Assembly (NCBI GenBank): GCA_035221665.1
Contig: CM069145.1
Span: forward strand, 32,054,001-32,118,000
Reading direction: 5' to 3'
DNA from: Okamejei kenojei
Lineage: Eukaryota
Length of the DNA: 64,000 nt
Positions 50,899 to 62,115 of this stretch are shown here, piece by piece (position 1 is the first letter of the stretch; every line of letters starts with the position of its first letter). A program made the translations under genes and the position numbers. The notes below the pieces were generated by a model. It was not told where the DNA came from. It did no database searches and saw only the letters and a program-made list of their open reading frames with translations.

Positions 50899-52130
50899 GT
50901 ATTTTACGAGGAGTCGCGGTGAGGGATTTCGTGCCCCCCGCTCCCACCCTCTATCATAGGATCAACTAGGAAGTTCTGCGTTCTTCATCTTACTATTTTT
51001 AGTCATGGTGCGTTCTGTGATTCCACACCGCTGCTTTGAAGGATGCTGCGCATGCGTGCTGGCGGGGTCTTCACGAAATCCCTCACCGCGACTCCTCGTA
51101 AAATACAGATCAACCTTCAAACTTGGTAAGTTCTCGTTTAATCTTACTAATAAATTTGATAATGCGTGATTACTTTTCAAAGAAATGTTATAGTTTGGTC
51201 AGCACTTCAACAACTTGCAGTCTGGGCTTTGTTTGAACCCAAATCCTTGGCAAATGTCCATGAATTAGTATCTTCATTAGGACTTAGTCTGTCTGATAAA
51301 TGGAACAAACAATATCACACTGGCAGTACAGTGAAACATTAAATCTTGGACAAGAGAGGGTTCACTAGCAGTCCAGACATGCCTGATCCTGATGAGTAGA
51401 GGAATCATATGAGAAAACAATCACACATGTTTGTATCACAATGCATGTAACCTTTCATTCTGCGATCAAAAACACAGAATAACACGAGGAAGTCATTTTA
51501 CCCAATACACTAAAATGTCCTGCAATAATTATGGCACTGGCGATATTCCACATAGGCCAATTTAGTACAGACAGTTGGCAATTATGTTTCTGTATAGGTC
51601 ATGATCTTAATTATTACATCATATTTGAGTTGGGGATAATGCACGATGGATGTGGATGGAAAATTATTTGAAAGAAAAGCAGTTAAGGTAAACTCTATAC
51701 ATGAATCCTAGTTATGATCAGTTCATAAATGCATTTATCTTGAGCTGGTACTAATTATTAAAAATGAGCAAAAAGTCGAGTATAATTTAAACTTTGTGAT
51801 CCAAGTTTCAAAACTGAAATTTGTGGGGAGTTTTTATTGTTGGTACACTGCTTTAACATTAGCTGATAGGTTAACATGAGCAGAATGGTGAAGACTAAAT
51901 GCATCATCATGCTTCCAACGGAGTCCCTCAGTTTAAACATATGGGCCTTGGACGAAACTATGCAGCCTTGATTTTAAATGCCTGCATACTTAGCTCTCAG
52001 AATGTGTTTCCAAAATGAGAACGCTAATGGAACCAGCAGCTAAAGGAGGCATTGTGGCACTACAAAGAGAGAAGCATTACTGGCAATGCTGTGGACACCT
52101 TTGCCTCCCTGCTGCTCTGCACTATCATGC

Positions 52131-52428
52131 TTTAGACTATAGAGATACAACGAGAAAATAAACCCTTCAGCCCACCGAGACCGCACCGACCAGCGATCAC
52201 CCCATACCCTAGCACTATCATACACTCGAGAGAGAATTTACACTTTTTTTAACCAAAACCTATTAAACTACAAATCTGTAAATCTTTGGAGTGTGGGAGA
52301 AAACTGGAGCGCCTGGAGAAACCCCACGAGGTCACAGGGAGAAGGTACAAACTCCATACAAACAGCACCTGCAGTCAGGATCGAACTCGGGTCTAAGGCA
52401 ACAACACTACCACTGCGCCACTGTGCCA
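52131..52428 (-). mobile_element. HE1-like V-SINE
   Basis: GTGGGAGAAAACTGGAGCGCCTGGAGAAACCC...GGTCACAGGGAGAAGGTACAAACTCC and head CTACCACTGCGCCACTGTGCC. Confidence 0.8.
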
Positions 52429-52846
52429 TCCATTGTGCTGAGAATCTGCATGCTATGAAAGTGGCATGTATCCCTGCCCACTGTAGGGGGAGCTTGACAA
52501 GAATCCCTGTCCTCCACTGGTGGTCCTGGAAAAATGAATTGGCAAGTGGCCTGATGTGGAGAGTCTGCCCGTGAGAGCTAGTGAGGGATCCGCTGGAGCA
52601 AGTGTTGCAGCGGTCTGCCAATGCATGGACGAGCAGTTAGCAGTCACCAGGAAAGGCTCTCATTCACCGTGCAGGGCGAGCTGCAGTTCCCACCCCATAT
52701 CGTACCGCGATGACCACAGTGCTTGATCCTACCTGATGGACATCATTCCTCACAGGCAGCTACACGCTGAACTATAAGTGATTCATTTCCAGAGGAGAGA
52801 GCAGTGGAGTTTAAAGATCTGCGCCAGATTCTCAGAACCTGCCGCA

Positions 52847-53147
52847 CAGTGATGCAGAGGAAGAGCTGCTGCCTCACAGCGTCAGAGACACGGATTTGAT
52901 CCTCATGTGCTGACTGTGTGGAATTTATACGTTTTCCCTGCGGTTTCTCCGGGCGCTCTGGTTTTCTCTCCCACATCCCAAAGATGCCTGGGTCTGTGGG
53001 TTAACTGGCTTCTGTAAGTTGCCCCAGTGTGTAGAATGCATAAGTGGGATAACATAGAACAAATATACGGGTGATTGATGGTTGGCATGGACTTGATGTG
53101 CCGAAAGGCTTGTTTCAATGCTGTATCTCTAAACTCTAAATTCTAAA
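52847..53147 (+). mobile_element. HE1-like V-SINE
   Basis: GAGCTGCTGCCTCACAGCGTCAGAGAC head; TCCCACATCCCAAAGA V-domain; (CTCTAAA)n tail. Confidence 0.8.
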
Positions 53148-54619
53148 CAGCAGAAAATAACATACTGTGCACATTTATTTTCTAAAGCACAGGTGGATAC
53201 ATACCTTTGAGTGTTCTGACTAGAAGACCAAGTGTGTTGTTACAAATCAGTACTCTGCAGGGTAGTGCAAATCAAATACCAATGTAACCACAATATTTGT
53301 TACAAGCCATTGAAAGCTCATTAAAGTATATATTGTATAATCATTACTTAGGACCTGATTAAAGGTCACATCATTTGTAGAATATGTTTTTTAAATTTAT
53401 GTTTTTAATTCTAGGCATTGATTGAAGGATAATTGTATCGATATTAAAAAGCCTTTTTGTAGCGTGGTGTTTATCGAATGTCCACATTGAATGAAGGAGC
53501 TGTGAGATATTTTGCAGTAGCTCTTTGGTCACAGATTTGGTTATATTCCAAATTACTTCAAATGTAATCATGTTTCCATGGTTTACACTTTTGTACCCAA
53601 TGTTACAATTGTGACTGAATATTAAGTCTTTAAGAAAGAAATACAAATGAGTTTTTATAAGAAATCAGCATCGCAAAAGCCACACAGTTACAACATTTGC
53701 TTGTTCAATGTGCATTAGTCACTGACTCTTTACTACATTTCTTCCATTCAAAGTAGCAGCCAAAAACCAAATCAACCAAACCTCAGGAGCAATAAAAACA
53801 AACTGTGGAAATGATTGCTTTCTGCCAAGGGTTTCAACATTATCAAAAACAAACATGTAGGTTCTGCACTATTCTATTTTCAGCCCTATGCAGCTTGTAG
53901 GCATCAGTGATTGGAATATTTCCTTGGCGTCTTGAAATATCTGCAATTTGCTTTGTGTCATACCTAATAATAAGACGGTGTTTAAGTTATGAATTTCAAT
54001 TTTGTACATTGGTTCCTAAATTCAATACTTCATGGATCAAATAAATCCCAAATCATCACCTTCAATTTCTTGTTTTCAACACCAATCCTGTTGTTATGCA
54101 ATAGTTCACCAAAGGGACTGGAAAAAATTGCACCAAGCCACTTGTGTCCCATTATTGTGCTATATTCAACTTTTGTCAGATTTTCAGTGCAAATAACTGC
54201 AAAGCAATCACACAACTGACATCAAGGATCATTGTCATGTTGAGCTCATTCCTTTGACCTCCAGCCTGATTACATTATGATCAACTTGAGGAAGGAGCAC
54301 GGGCAGCAGCAGCAGCTCATATCATTCCTCTTGCTAACACTAAATAGTTTTAATATTTACATTAATGGGACTCACCCAATGCAGTGCCAGGTTTTATAAA
54401 GCTGTATCAATGACAATGATCTGCCTATAAGTTGATCCCTAGAGTATCTGAGGATGCCTACAGATTCATGAGATTATTTGCCTCAGCAATTGAATAATAA
54501 TGTAGTAACTACCTGTTTGTAATGCTCCCATTATGTGGTATCTACTACTTCCCATGCTTTCCTGAAGGAAAATTGTTATGTGTACAAAGTAGGTAGTTAC
54601 TTCATTAAACCCTTTATTA

Positions 54620-54738
54620 CAGAGAGGGATATGGGGCAAATACAGGCAGGTGGGACTGGTGTAGATGGGGCATCTTGGGCAGCATTGGCAAGTTGGGCTG
54701 AAGGGCCTGTTTCCATTCTGTATAACTCTATGACTCGA
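54620..54738 (+). mobile_element. CR1/SINE 3' tail fragment
   Basis: GGGATATGGGGCAAATACAGGCAGGTGGGAC...GGGCTGAAGGGCCTGTTTCC...TAACTCTATGACTC. Confidence 0.7.
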
Positions 54739-55194
54739 CTCCACTATCATCCCATACAGATGCACATATGAATTCCTTATAAATGGATATTGGTTATACT
54801 TTTTGGTAAACATCATGGACGGTACTAACGAGGTAAATGCATTGTATTAAGAGATTGATCATTTAAAAATACTCTCCAGAAATAAACGTGTTTTGGGAAC
54901 TAGCGGATGTTAGGAATATTTGTTGAAACCTGTTTTTCTGTTTATATGGATATTGCTCCTTTGCTGCATGTGGTAGAATAGCTACCTTAATCTAATAATG
55001 CAGTGAAATAATATTTACATTTATTATTGGCTGGGAAACAATCATAATTCTTCCCTCAATTCCCCTGAATTTATTGGTGTACTGCCCCATTTCAAAGAGA
55101 TATCAACCATATTGTTTTAAATTAAACATTACACCTAGGCCAGATGAGAATGTCAAATTAAGGACATTAATGAACCAATAGGTTTTTATACCTA

Positions 55195-55450
55195 AGAAAT
55201 TGCAGATGCTGGAATCTTGAGGAAGACACACGGTGCTGGAGGAACTCATTGGATCAGGCAACATCTGTGGAGTGAAAGGACAGACTATAGTTTGGGTCAG
55301 GACCCTTCTTCATACTGGTTAGAGAATTGGGGGAGAAAGCAGGAGAAGAGAGGTAGAGCAGGACAAAGGCTGTCAAGTAATAGATCGATACAGGTGAGGT
55401 GGTGGTGTGGGGGGTGGGGGGGGTGGGGGGAGCATGATGGCAGATGGGTG
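55195..55450 (-). mobile_element. Diverged Penelope-LTR-like repeat
   Basis: GCAGATGCTGGAATCTTG...GTGCTGGAGGAACTCA...GGGTCAGGACCCTTCTTCATACTGG. Confidence 0.6.
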
Positions 55451-55459
55451 GAGTAGATG

Positions 55460-55680
55460 ACAAATACTTCCTTAGAAGGCTTAGGAAGTTCAGCATGTCC
55501 ACTACAAATCTCACCAACATCTACAGATGCACCATAGAAAGCATTTTATCAGGATGCATAGCAGCTTGGTTTGGGAACAGCTCCATCCAAGACTGCAAGG
55601 CCAGCAGCATAATCAAGGATGAGTCACACCCTGGCCACTCCCTCCTCTCCCCTCTCCCATCAGGCAAAAGGTATAGGAAG
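55460..55680 (+). mobile_element. Rex1/Babar-type LINE fragment
   Basis: YFLRRLRKFSMSTTNLTNIYRCTIESILSGCIAAWFGNSS...ASSIIKDESHPGHSLLSPLPSGKRYR. Confidence 0.85.
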
Positions 55681-55681
55681 G

Positions 55682-55882
55682 ACCTGCAGTTAAAACCAAA
55701 GATGGACACAAAAAGCTGGAGTAACTCAGTGGAGCAGACAGCATCTCTGGAGGGAAGGAATGGGTGACATTTCGGGTCAAAACCCTTCTTCAGACTGGAG
55801 AAGGGTCTTGACCTGTAACATCAACCATTCCTTCTCTCCAGAGATGCTGCCTGTCCCGCTGAGTTACTCCAGCTTTTTGTGT
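55682..55882. mobile_element. Fold-back copy with two opposed cores, 88-bp arms
   Basis: Arms 55706-55793 and 55795-55882 centred on CAG-A-CTG. Confidence 0.8.
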
Positions 55883-57189
55883 AAATCTTATAGCCCTGTC
55901 TCACGGTGCAAGTCCACCCACAAGTGACCCCAAGTGAGAGAAAAAAAACAGACTTGTGGTTGTGTACGAGATTCCAAGTTTATGTTCAAGCGTTTAACCG
56001 AGTTCCCACAGGTATGTCATTTCTGCGATGTTCCACGTTCCTCTCCTGAGTTACCAAGTTCCTCTCCCATTACTCTTGAGCCAACCGTGAATGAAGCAAA
56101 AGTGTTAAAGAAGACATCTCCATCCTGCGGCTTTGAGTTAAAGATAGAATTCAGCGTGGCCGCATCTATTGATATGACCTACAAAGGGAAAAAGCGCACC
56201 CTCCAGTGCCAGAGCAGTTACACTTATGATTTGTTTGAAACACACATCACGTAGTTAGAAGACCAGCGGGCGGAGGTTTGTTATATTTTAATTGAATTTA
56301 CTGCCAGGTCTACACACTGTGGGGAGACGGGAGATGAAATCTTTGAATGTGGACGGATGTCTCCGCGCCTGCTCGTTCTAAGCGGAATATATTTTTAGTT
56401 GCCTTTCAAGCCGGCAACTTGTTTTTGTGTATTCACACACACTTTTCGTGTGTGAGGGTGTGAGAAGTCCAAGTCGGGTGCCAGCCGGCTGGCCGCAGCC
56501 GCTGTTCTTTCACATCAGTTGCACATCAGTTTGTTGCGAGACGGAGCTCAGGGTTTGCCTCCTGAGCTGCTTTGGTGCCCAGGCGTGAGTTGAGGTGGAG
56601 GGAGGTTGGGTGGGGTGGGGGGCGCGTGGGCGTCATTAATCTGTCTGTAGTGACAAGGCTCTTGGGTTAGGATGGGATCATTCTCTGTGGGATGATCTTA
56701 GTGCGGGGGACAAGTGTAGGAGAGGTTGTACTGACTGTGTGGGCAGACACTTTGGTAGTGATTGCCCACCAGTCTGAAATCTGCTGTGTCTCCTTGTCCC
56801 TGGGATAGCAGGGGGGGATCAAACAGCACAGTACCCCCCTCCCCCTCCACGTCAACACGAAGGGCAACGATCCCAAGGCTTTAGCGTCAGAAACAGCGGG
56901 CAGGCAACAATCACCCGCTATAACGCTTCTCTAAACCCTTCCCATCCATTTATCTGTTGTTAATAACCTCAAGAAAATCCCTGCTTCAGTTTCCTGGGTC
57001 CAACTCAGAGAGAAGTCTCCCTCCTTTCCAGGGTTAATCGCTCCACTGTTTATAATGCTCTCTGCATTATGAAGTCCTCGACAGTGAACCCATGGGCAAT
57101 CACTACCAAAGTGTCTGCTCACACAGTCAGTACACTTGTCTCCCGTACTAAGTCACACCAACCCCCCCTCCCCTCCATTCTCCCCCCCT

Positions 57190-57366
57190 TCCGGTCTCCT
57201 CATTGGTGACCCTTGGACTATCCATGATCGGACATTGCTGGCTTAACCTTGCACTAAACGTAATTTCCTTATATATCTATACAATGTAAATGGCCACTGA
57301 CTGGATAGTATGCGACAAAAGCTTTTCACAGTACCTCGGTACAGGTGACAATAAACTAAACTAAAC
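57190..57366 (+). mobile_element. Retroposon 3' fragment with (CTAAA)n tail
   Basis: AAAAGCTTTTCACAGTACCTCGGTACAGGTGACAATAAACTAAACTAAAC. Confidence 0.65.
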
Positions 57367-57718
57367 CAAGACTACAGTTGTAAAGGAGACAAAGGGGTAT
57401 CAGATTAGGAGAGAAGATGAGAGTGAAATATAAAGCCAGAGGGAGGTGTATGGATGTAGGAGTTTTTATAACAATCTGATTGGTTCATGGTAGCCATCAC
57501 TTAGACTATTTTTGGATTTATTTAATTACTTAGATTTAAATTCTCGAACTACTTGTGGGATTCAAACAAATATATCCATTTATTCAATTAAGTAACCTAG
57601 GCCACTGGAAAATAGCCCAGTAAATTAAAATATATATATTTCTAAATGATTTAAAATAAAATCTGGGGATTTTTAAGGAACTCGGCATCTTGGTCTTGAT
57701 CTCCATTTTCCTTCATTT

Positions 57719-57810
57719 GTCTGAAGAAGGGTCTTGACCTGAAACGTCACCTACTCCTTTGCTCCATAGATGCTGCCTCACCCGCTGAATTTCTCCATGA
57801 TATTTATCTA
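57719..57810 (+). mobile_element. Penelope-LTR-like hammerhead repeat, solo copy with 9-bp direct repeat
   Basis: Core CTGAAGAAGGGTCTTGACCTGAAACGTC at 57721-57748; CCTTCATTT at 57710-57718 and 57811-57819. Confidence 0.75.
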
Positions 57811-58634
57811 CCTTCATTTATTATATTATTTTGTAAGTCAAGTAATATAATTTCATCCAGTGACACAAGTTATTGCAGATAACAAGATGCACAAATGTCT
57901 GATTGGCAGGTAAATTAAATTATGGTTACATTACATTAATGCCAATCTGAAATATGTCTCCCTATTCACCTCCCCCTACATTTTACATGGAATTAAAACC
58001 CTACCTGATCGGAAAGATAATTCTTTTTTATTCTTATTTTGCACAATAATGTAAAGAATTGAATGAACTTGTTTGCCATTTCTCAATGATCACATAATAA
58101 TTTGATCCAATTAATTTTTTTGAAGAAATTATTAGGGTTTTGGATACTGCTTTCAAGATTAAAAATTATTTTTGATGACATTTGCTGCTTTTTGAAATCT
58201 AGATTGGCATTGTTTTCTCACCTCTTCCAATATTTGTTTTATATCAATTTATCTGCCCAGTATTCAGTACTTTCTGTCTTGATGTTTTTAAAACATTATG
58301 CTTCACTTCAAGGCTACCTTTGTGCTTCTTATTCAGTCATTGCGGTTTGGTCTTGCTCCATTTCTCTATCTCATAAGTACATAGAGTACTTCTTTTCAAA
58401 TACTTTCAAAGCAATCTTGGGAAACAATCCTACTTTTCGTTTTGTTTTTCAATACTACTTTACAGCTATTCATTTAATCCTGACCAAAATCTTTATTCAA
58501 GCTCATTATTTTGCCCTCCTAACATTTTGTAAACTGGAATGGATACATTTTGCACCGGCATATTTTATAAGATGTCTTACCTCAAAACGATCAGAAACCA
58601 AGCATCTATTTATTTGTTCTGTACCTTTACTTAA

Positions 58635-58757
58635 CTCTAGTTTCCCTCTTCCCTGACTTTCAATCCAAAGAAGGGTCATGACACGAAACCTCACCAATTA
58701 TTTTTCTCCAGAGATGCTGCCTGACCCTCTGAGTTACTCCAGTATTTGGTGTCAATC
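58635..58757 (+). mobile_element. Degenerate Penelope-LTR-like repeat
   Basis: AAGAAGGGTCATGACACGAAACCTCACC...CTCCAGAGATGCTGCCTGACCC. Confidence 0.65.
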
Positions 58758-59067
58758 TGTTTCTTGTATGTTGTTAATTAATTCTGTTGGCCTGTTAGCA
58801 CTAAATCTAATGTTACATCTCCTCTTGTTCAATGGTGTTTTGGTTGTGCTGGTCTCAGATTACCACTGGACATCAGTGTGAAGCGATTGTGAGCACTCTT
58901 ATTAAAATATAGAGTTCCCAGTCTTCCTTGTCCTTCCATTGGATTTCATCAGTAATAAATATTATTGTATATTCTTATAGATCTTCTCAAATCCCTTTTT
59001 CCTGTTAGATGTATCTTCTGATAGATATCAATTGTCACTCTTTCATTTGCATGAACACTTGCAGAAC

Positions 59068-59280
59068 ACAGAAAACTGTGGAGGCCAAGTCAATGGATAT
59101 TTTTTAGGCAGAGATTGATAGATTCTTCATTCGTACAGGTGTCACGGATTACGGGAGAAAGCAGGAGAATGAAGTTGTGAGCGAAAGATAGATCAGCCAT
59201 GATTGGAAGGCTGAATAGACTTGATGGGCCAAATGACCTAATTCTGCTCCTATAACTCGTGAACTTGAACTTATGAACTT
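59068..59280 (+). mobile_element. CR1 LINE 3' end
   Basis: CTGTGGAGGCCAAGTCAATGGATATTTTTTAGGCAGAGATTGATAGATTC...GATCAGCCATGATT...(GAACTT)n. Confidence 0.8.
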
Positions 59281-59632
59281 CTCTTCATGATTTTGTCAAC
59301 TCCCATTTTTCCTGTTGAATATATCTTTTGAACATCAACTCCAACAGCTAAATTAACGTTGCTCTTTATGTGAAATATTCTCCAGCTGCATGGCCCCTCT
59401 TTCTTGTCTGCATTTTAATCAGTCACCATGGAAAGGAAACACACGTTGATCATCCTTGGACTACCTTGCCTGACACCTTTTAATATTATTAAGAGATTTA
59501 CATATCACAAAATTGAAATGGATTGAAAAGGATCACATTCCACTAAACATCTTTGGTGGGTAATGACTAAGGAATAGTGGAAGGAGCTTGAATGAAGAAT
59601 TTCAACAAAATATCTTTTGCTTTATGTAAACT

Positions 59633-59780
59633 TTCTGGAGAAAATGAATAGGTGATGTTTTGGGTCAAGAAATACGTTACCTATTCCTTTTCTCCAGAGG
59701 TGCTGTCTGTCCCACTGATTTAGTCTAGCTTTTTGTGTCTATCATCGGATTAAACCAGCATCTGCAGTTCCTTCCTACAC
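59633..59780. mobile_element. Partial fold-back Penelope-LTR-like repeat
   Basis: TCTGGAGAAAATGAATAGGTGA...TTACCTATTCCTTTTCTCCAGA followed by the LTR 3' part. Confidence 0.7.
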
Positions 59781-61149
59781 TCTCCCTGTAGCCTCCCTCC
59801 TTAGCCCTATAGTCAGTAAGTGTGCCACTTCCTTCACTAACTTCCCCCTATTTTGTTGCCTGGTGGTCATGCACTCCTCCCATTTGTATCTCTCTGAGAT
59901 AGTGTTCTGCAGCAAACCTTGTAGACATTCCTCCTCCTTTTAATTAATGGCTTAAGTTACTTCAGCTCAATGAACCCCATCAGGAGCAAGTTAACAAATA
60001 GACATTTCTCCCTGGCATGATCATGCAGGATAATCTCACCATCCATGCAAATTCCTGACACACAGGCTGTACTGCTATTGTATGTTTATACATTAATTCA
60101 GTATATAACTATTCCTGGTGCAACCTGATTCATCTTGCATACTAAATTATAATTAACAGCTGGTGTCATCAGTCTTTGTTTATTTACCTACTTACAGCTG
60201 ATGGGTTTTTGATGTTTCCTTTATTTATTGATTCCTTTCTTTTTTAAGTTAAGTAGGTTGTCAGTCTGCTATACAGTTAAGTAATAAAGTGTAAATCAAT
60301 AATTAAACACTGCTTTTATTTTTCATGTTTCACCTTTCTACCCACTGCATCACTTGTGATGCATCTCTATCAAATTATTCCCTTTTATTGACTCAGTTCT
60401 GCCTTCACTCCAGTTCTCCACACTTTTTGAAATTGCAAAATTTTAAATACCTCATGTTATGGAAAAAAACACATTTACACAGTACCCATAAAAATAAATT
60501 TCAAGGCAACATTCCACTGAATACATTCCTGTAATACAAAGTGCAATCTATTTTTTTTAAGCTCTGAAACATAGACTATGTTTTCTGTTTTACATGATTG
60601 TGTCTCATAGCTCCTTGCAATCTCCAGTCCCCAGCATTATTGTAAATCATCTCTTTTTTTTTGTATCCAGTGCATGAAGGGGATGAGAAACTGGCTTACC
60701 TATGAGTCCGTCTAGATAGTGGTGACACCTTATGCATATTTATGGGCCATAATTCACCATCTTAGTGATTGGAAATGAGTAAATATGAGCATTTGAGAAA
60801 AAAAATCATTGCATTTAATTAAAAGTGAAACCATTTCTTGAGGACAATACAATCAATCCACCATAAGTATTAATACCTTAAAGAGTCCAGGAACGCAAAG
60901 GCATTTCTCATTTTAGTTTAGGAGATTCAAACCAACAAGATGGCATGGTAACTATGTTGTAACATGTATTTAACAATAAACTTTAATTTATGAAGAACAT
61001 TTTTTTAAATATTTAAATGCAGAGCATTATTCAAAGTTAATTATTAAAAGGAAGCAATGGTATTTTTTAAATCATAATATGGTAACTAAAGAATATTAAA
61101 AGGATTTCACCTATACTACCAAAAATGGCATCCAGATTAATAGTACATA

Positions 61150-62115
61150 CTAGAACAAGCGGGATCTGTTGGGTCCCTGTCACATGGGAGGTCTGGTCCC
61201 CCAATGCAATTACATCACCATCCCCCCTCCTACCCTTATCCTCCTCCATTCCCCCTCATCCCTCAGAACACCCCCCTGCTCTTGACCCTCCTTCATCTTT
61301 CCCCTTTCCTCCTCCCCTCTCCCACTGCCTCCCTCACCTCTCCTTTCCCCTACCCTCATAATGAAAATCGTGATGTTTTTTTTTAAATGAAACTTCTTCC
61401 GCTATCCCACCCTCCCATAATGAAAATCACGTTTTTCTTTTAAGGGATTTTTTCCCATGATTTTTTATGTAAATGGAAACTTCCCTCTATCCCACCCCCA
61501 CTATGAATATCACATTTTGTTTTCAAATCAAAACTTCCCCCTATCCCATTCCCCACAATGAAAATCATGATTTTTTTTGAAAGGGAGTTTTTATACCATG
61601 ACTTTTTATGTAAATGGAAACCTCCCCCTATCCCACCCCCCACAATAAAAATTGCACTATTTTTTGTAAATGAAACCACTGCCCAAGAATTTGATTAAAA
61701 CAGCATTTTTTTTTAAAGAGCAATTTTGAAAATCACGATTTTTAATGTAAATGAGCCTCGCTATCCCATTATGATGTAATTGTGAATGAAAATGGAAGAA
61801 TTTGAATAAAACTGTGTTTTTTTTAAAACAGGCAATTTTTAATATAAATGAGATTCAGGGTCCCTTTGTGACGTCCTACGCTGCTAACGGGCAGTGCAGT
61901 TGGAAGTGACTTGTGTCAAAGTGTTTTTTGTGAAGTTTAAAATGTGAATAACTTGAAAATTATATCATCAATCTGAACTAAACTTGATACAGCACACCAC
62001 AGGACAATGGTGAGTAAAGTGGACCAGAAATTGTAGCTCTATCGTGTACCGTTTTGGCATAATTTCAGTATCACACTCATGTACAAACAAACAAGTTGTG
62101 AGTTTTAGTAATATA
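61150..62115 (-). mobile_element. Non-autonomous Helitron-like unit 1
   Basis: Minus-strand 3' end: hairpin (GGGATCT-GTT-GGGTCCC, 61161-61177) then CTAG followed by T; 5' end TATATTACTAAAACTC; internal ~60-bp minisatellite. Confidence 0.7.
61355..61675. repeat. Degenerate ~60-bp minisatellite inside Helitron unit 1
   Basis: Recurring CATAATGAAAATCAYG...AAATGGAAACTTCCCCCTATCCCACCCC units. Confidence 0.7.

Larger units (their letters stand above)
49001..51148 (+). mobile_element. DIRS1-like tyrosine-recombinase retrotransposon, internally deleted and rearranged
   Basis: Perfect 35-bp inverted repeat 49028-49062 / 51043-51077 (imperfectly extending to 49001 / 51104); perfect 40-bp internal complementary segment 50894-50933 / 51072-51111; gag-like ORF; YR fragment; GC/CpG-rich against a CpG-poor background; no obvious TSD. 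Confidence 0.9.

Noticed and set aside
55890-56640. Possible PIF/Harbinger-type DNA transposon fragment starting AGCCCTGTCTCACGG
   Set aside because: I could not find the matching terminal repeat or a transposase motif; left unannotated.
58102-58656. 184-aa hydrophobic ORF
   Set aside because: T-rich frame with no ATG start or recognisable domain; probably decayed repeat sequence.
61355-61675. CRISPR-like repeat-spacer array
   Set aside because: Degenerate minisatellite without unique spacers, in vertebrate DNA with no cas genes.
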